Positions 59,961-64,000 of a stretch of 64,000 nucleotides of DNA are shown here, piece after piece. Position 1 is the first letter of the stretch. Each line of letters begins with the position of its first letter. The translations under genes and the position numbers were made by a program. The DNA comes from a virus. A model generated the notes under the pieces. The model saw only the letters and a program-made list of their open reading frames with translations, was not told where the DNA came from and did not search any database. The stretch is from IMG/VR virus record IMGVR_UViG_3300017788_003020, positions 1 to 64,000 of that record; one strand, 5' to 3'.

Positions 59961-61202
59961 TTAGAATAATGAATTTGTTACAATTAATGTTTCAGGTATA
60001 GGTCGAACACCTATAACTTCAAGAATCCTATTTGTAGGTTCTATGATTTTTTTAGCAAATTGTTTATCGAAATCGATAAATGGTGCAAATTCTTTTGGGT
60101 GACTCATTGGAAGAAAGCAAAAAACATCATCCTTTTTAGATGAGGTTTTTGCATAATATAACTTTACCTTATCACCTGATTTTATTCTGTGATATTTCAT
60201 GCTATATTTAGACTTATTCAAAGTATAGTTGTAAATCGCAGCGCCCCTTACATGTATTGGACATCCTGATTTTACAGCAATCTCTGAGCGGTCATTTAAT
60301 ATGAATTTATCATAATCAGATATTTTTTTAGTCTCTGATATTTCTTCCAATTCCTTCATTTCCATTTCTTTACGCCATTTCTTCAAAACCTTTACTATAT
60401 CTTCATACTTGATTTTACCATCCGACTTTTTAGAAGTCAGAATAATTTCAATCATTTCTTTTAGCTTTTTTCTACACCATGAGGGATGTGAAGGTTTAAC
60501 TGCTTCTAAGCCAGTTACAGTTATTTTAACATCTTTATATTTAATTCCTTCAACTTCAACTGTTCCATCTTCAAGAGAATAAATTGAAGTTGTTTTCCAT
60601 GCTAATTCTATCGCATAGTTTTTCTTTGCTATAAAAATACCAATTCTAATGAGCTTCTCAAATTCAAAATCCATCAGATTTTCTGTATTTCTTTTTTGAG
60701 CATACATATTATATGCGTTGACAATATAACCATGTAATCTATTTTTATAGATTGCTAAAATAAATTCTACAGGGTCATCTCCATCATAATTCGCAGACTC
60801 CAAAACTCTATCAAATCTAAAATAAGCAGAGTCTGTATCTCCTTGAATTAGAAGGCTATCTTCTCCAAGAGAAGTTACCTTAGATGAGTCTAATTTCAAT
60901 AAATTATGTAGTTTTTTATCTTTATGCCAATGGTTAGTAAAATAATTGTCAAATATTTTTTTTGCATGTAAGGATATATCAACACTTTGCTGAGTAATAG
61001 CCTCTGCTACATTTATATTGTAGCATAAGAAGTGTTGATTACCAAATGCGCCATAAACAGAATTGATGAAGATTTTAATACCTTGTTCTTCATTAAACAA
61101 ATCATGTTGAAGTTTTGTCAATCTTGCTATTTCAAGTTTGATTTCTTCATATGTTGCTTTATCTGGGTCTATTTGACAATATTTTAAGCCATTAGACTGC
61201 AT
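59961..61202 (-). CDS. Family-B DNA polymerase, C-terminal half (split gp43B-like)
   Basis: KIFINSVYG (motif B), GDTDS (motif C), AKKNY, PIHVRGA; no exonuclease or motif A. Confidence 0.88.
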   Translation of the reverse strand: MQSNGLKYCQIDPDKATYEEIKLEIARLTKLQHDLFNEEQGIKIFINSVYGAFGNQHFLCYNINVAEAITQQSVDISLHAKKIFDNYFTNHWHKDKKLHNLLKLDSSKVTSLGEDSLLIQGDTDSAYFRFDRVLESANYDGDDPVEFILAIYKNRLHGYIVNAYNMYAQKRNTENLMDFEFEKLIRIGIFIAKKNYAIELAWKTTSIYSLEDGTVEVEGIKYKDVKITVTGLEAVKPSHPSWCRKKLKEMIEIILTSKKSDGKIKYEDIVKVLKKWRKEMEMKELEEISETKKISDYDKFILNDRSEIAVKSGCPIHVRGAAIYNYTLNKSKYSMKYHRIKSGDKVKLYYAKTSSKKDDVFCFLPMSHPKEFAPFIDFDKQFAKKIIEPTNRILEVIGVRPIPETLIVTNSLF

Positions 61203-61986
61203 CGTTTCTTCCTACAACAAGATAGGTTTTAGAATCTGTGGATGTAAATACTAAGCGATTTTCTCCAACAGAAACTCTATATGATTCGCCGTCAAGCATG
61301 CTTAAATAATTCTTAGGGAATCTTGCTGTACCGTTTTTACGAGATTCTGTGTTTTTAGATGTGATTTTGTATTTGAATGTTTGATTTCCAAAGACGATAT
61401 CATTGACTTTACACTCAACATTCAAGTTATTATCGATTTTATCTATGGCAGAGAACTTCTTTATTTTCAATAAATCTTCAAGTTCTAAGTCAAATTCAAA
61501 TATAGGTTCTTCTATATTTGCTATTTCTTTGAAGAACTTATCATTTGTGATTGTTCCATATATGGAAAGAGAACCATTCTCGAATGAGAATTGAAGGTCT
61601 TTGTTATTATTGAGAGAAGTTTTCGTTGCTACTGATTCTTCTTCTACATCTAAACCAGCTAAATTTAGGTAATGAATATCCAAAGAAACTTGGTCAGATG
61701 AAGAATCCAAAAACTTCAATGCTTGTTGGTATTGTTTAATATTAATCAATCCAATTTTAAGTAATTCTGGTAAATCTCCATCTTCTTTCATCTGCAATAC
61801 TTCTTCAAACGGCAAGGCAGAATACTTAATAGCACTTCTATCAGGAGTATATGTTTTGGCGTATAATTCACTTTCATTCAATTCTAAAAGAAGATTTTCA
61901 TCGAATTGGTGGAATCTATCCAAAAATTCATGGACTTTGTTGACATGAATGTTGACAAAGTTTAAGGTTTTACCTTTTTGTTTCAT
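61192..61986 (-). CDS. Probable sliding clamp (gp45-like)
   Basis: Size, two-domain beta/alpha pattern, C-terminal Y.VSV...LVF...YLV, adjacent to polymerase. Confidence 0.6.
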   Translation of the reverse strand: MKQKGKTLNFVNIHVNKVHEFLDRFHQFDENLLLELNESELYAKTYTPDRSAIKYSALPFEEVLQMKEDGDLPELLKIGLINIKQYQQALKFLDSSSDQVSLDIHYLNLAGLDVEEESVATKTSLNNNKDLQFSFENGSLSIYGTITNDKFFKEIANIEEPIFEFDLELEDLLKIKKFSAIDKIDNNLNVECKVNDIVFGNQTFKYKITSKNTESRKNGTARFPKNYLSMLDGESYRVSVGENRLVFTSTDSKTYLVVGRNDAV

Positions 61987-62345
61987 TTTTTTCTCCGTAA
62001 AATATATTCGTTATCAATAGTATTCAGAGTCTAATTCTGAAAAATAACCAGAAACAAAGGTTATTTTCTTCAAATTATTTCGATTTCGGTTTTTCTATAC
62101 CAGAAATCTATCCTTACTTTATGGCTTTTAGCTTAATATTAAGCCTTTTATTCCTTTTTGAGTCTTTTCGTGACCTATACATTATACTCTAAATTGGAAA
62201 TAAGTTCATTCGGAAATATAGGTAAAATCCAAAAGGGTCATTTTTTAATTTTAGGAAATAGAAAATATTGTTAAAAAAATAACTTTTTCTAAAAAATTGA
62301 TATATACTAATAGAGAAAGTATTACCTAATTAAAACATTAAAAAA

Positions 62346-64000
62346 ATGACACCTGCTGATAATAGTTTACACGATATTTTACAAGAATTGATGAGAACAC
62401 ATGCCAATTCTATTGAAATATTATCAAAATTTTCAGAAGCGTTTACTTCTACGACAGAATCTGTTACTGTTAACTTAAAAACAGATAGTGGGCAAACAAC
62501 TTCATATCAAGTTCCTTCTTTGGGATTTTTACAATCTGAGATAAAAAGACTTGAAGAAAATGTAAGAGGACTTGCTGGATTAGACTCAGGGAGTGCTAAT
62601 ATCCGTTTAGAAGATGGCACATATAAAAGAATTATGACATCTTCCACAAATCAAGAGCCTTCAAGAATTGGAAATGTGACCGTTCCTTCTTCTTTTTCAA
62701 GAAGAAATAATTGGTTTTTTGATAATTTCATCAATCCTATGTTGATGGTTAGTTTTGATGTTTCAAACTATGTTTCTTCAAATATACGAAATGTATGGTA
62801 TAGAAGAGTTATTGTAAACACAGATACTGACGAAAAAAGACAAATATTTGATGATAACATAAGAGGTAGAAATGATATTGAATATGAAACCCTTATGTTA
62901 TTCTTAAACGCAAGAGGAATGAATCACTTTGTTGATGAAGATGAATATAGGTTTCCCCCATCTGTAAGTCAATTTACAGGAACTTTTGATGTTATTAGCA
63001 TTCTGAATACAGATACCGCTTCAAGTGGAAACATACGCTCTTATAGATTAAATAAATTAACCTATACGAATAATTTAAGCCCAAATGTTGATACTGAAAC
63101 CCTAAAAATCGGAGATATTGTAGCAACAAAGGGCGGTGCAAGATATAGAGTAGAGGAAGTCAATAAAATTGAGAATACAGTTAGATTAACTTTAACGAGT
63201 GGATATGAATTGATTAGTATAGGAACCGATGTTTTGTATATCATTTCGGATGCTCTTACAATTCGTCAAGTTGAAGTTTCCGTTGGTCATGATGAAAGAC
63301 AGGTTATATTTTTTAGACCAGTTGATTCTGGAACTCAAGTCGCTTCTACAAAATGGTCACCAGGGGTTGGCATTTATTCAAATGAACTTAGAATTAGAAC
63401 CGCTGACTCTGAAATGAGTTTGGATGACTATTATAGAACATATTGTATAGATTTCGGTTCACAATTGCTTGATGCGGCTAAAAACAAGCCAGTTCCTAAA
63501 ATTCTCGGTATTAAGCCAGATGCACCTACTTTAAGAACTGAAGATTTTAAGGTTTTAGTCATAAATGAGCATAAAACACAATCTCAAGATTCTGAAACTC
63601 TTCGTCAAAAATTTTCAGAAAAAACAAGGCTACAATCAGAAATTCAACAACTCGACTCTGCTATTTCGAAAACAAAAGAAGAAATACAAACTTCAAATAA
63701 TGCAACTTCTTTTGATAAGAGAGCCTTAACGAATAAGTTAAATGCTCTTGTAGAAAAAAGAAATTCCCTCTCAAGTTTATATTCAACAACCGTTAGAGAA
63801 TTGGGCGCTTTAAGCACAACAACAGTTGCTACCGAATCACCTAAATATAGAATTAGAGGATTTTTCCCTATTCCTTCACCTAAGGTTGAAAATAAAACTG
63901 GTCAGCAACAGATTATCCAGTTTATTGTTCAATATCGTTATTTAAGATTAGATGGAACAGCAACTGGGCCGAAATCATTTGAATTTGTAGATTCTTCTGG
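62346..64000 (+). CDS. Large late/structural protein, runs off the right edge (missed by the ORF track)
   Basis: MTPADNSLHDILQELMRTHANSIEIL...; frame consistent to window end; GATATATA at 62299. Confidence 0.8.
   Translation, partial: MTPADNSLHDILQELMRTHANSIEILSKFSEAFTSTTESVTVNLKTDSGQTTSYQVPSLGFLQSEIKRLEENVRGLAGLDSGSANIRLEDGTYKRIMTSSTNQEPSRIGNVTVPSSFSRRNNWFFDNFINPMLMVSFDVSNYVSSNIRNVWYRRVIVNTDTDEKRQIFDDNIRGRNDIEYETLMLFLNARGMNHFVDEDEYRFPPSVSQFTGTFDVISILNTDTASSGNIRSYRLNKLTYTNNLSPNVDTETLKIGDIVATKGGARYRVEEVNKIENTVRLTLTSGYELISIGTDVLYIISDALTIRQVEVSVGHDERQVIFFRPVDSGTQVASTKWSPGVGIYSNELRIRTADSEMSLDDYYRTYCIDFGSQLLDAAKNKPVPKILGIKPDAPTLRTEDFKVLVINEHKTQSQDSETLRQKFSEKTRLQSEIQQLDSAISKTKEEIQTSNNATSFDKRALTNKLNALVEKRNSLSSLYSTTVRELGALSTTTVATESPKYRIRGFFPIPSPKVENKTGQQQIIQFIVQYRYLRLDGTATGPKSFEFVDSS

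Noticed and set aside
63062-63417. Short ORFs 63062-63244 and 63229-63417
   Set aside because: They lie inside the long plus-strand gene starting at 62346.
1-64000. Stop-codon reassignment as in some huge phages
   Set aside because: Conserved genes are full length in the standard code, and TAA, TAG and TGA all end genes at sensible positions.

Overview
AT-rich (roughly 30% GC by eye), standard-code segment of a large lytic T4-like myophage (jumbo/megaphage), not a bacterial chromosome. The right third holds core genes: neck gp13 and gp14-like, baseplate gp5-like, tube-fold proteins, gp41 helicase, UvsX, a C-terminal-half family-B polymerase and a gp45-like clamp. The left two-thirds is accessory: MetK, tyrosinase, ArdC, four cell-envelope hydrolases, a PlcP-like phosphoesterase with a glycosyltransferase, IMPDH/GMPR, HU, NYN, dCMP deaminase, ClpC, ClpP, a tmRNA, RmlB and several methyltransferases. 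TTG-N19/20-TAnnTTTG promoters, the ClpC N-terminus and a T9SS-type cargo point to a Bacteroidota/Ignavibacteria/Chlorobi-lineage host. The main hidden signal is a shared N-terminal leader (about M-K-x-I-K-x-F/Y-E-x-F/W...L/I/V-N-E) on about 12 unrelated proteins, nearly all just downstream of a GATATATA motif that also precedes structural genes. It resembles the T4 capsid-targeting sequence and suggests a large virion-packaged effector cargo system. Also seen: three promoter classes, two to three unannotated structured RNA candidates, a repeat-flanked lipid-remodelling cassette, a cargo-less leader minigene, two pseudoenzymes and apparent GATC avoidance. All family assignments come from motif recognition, not database searches.
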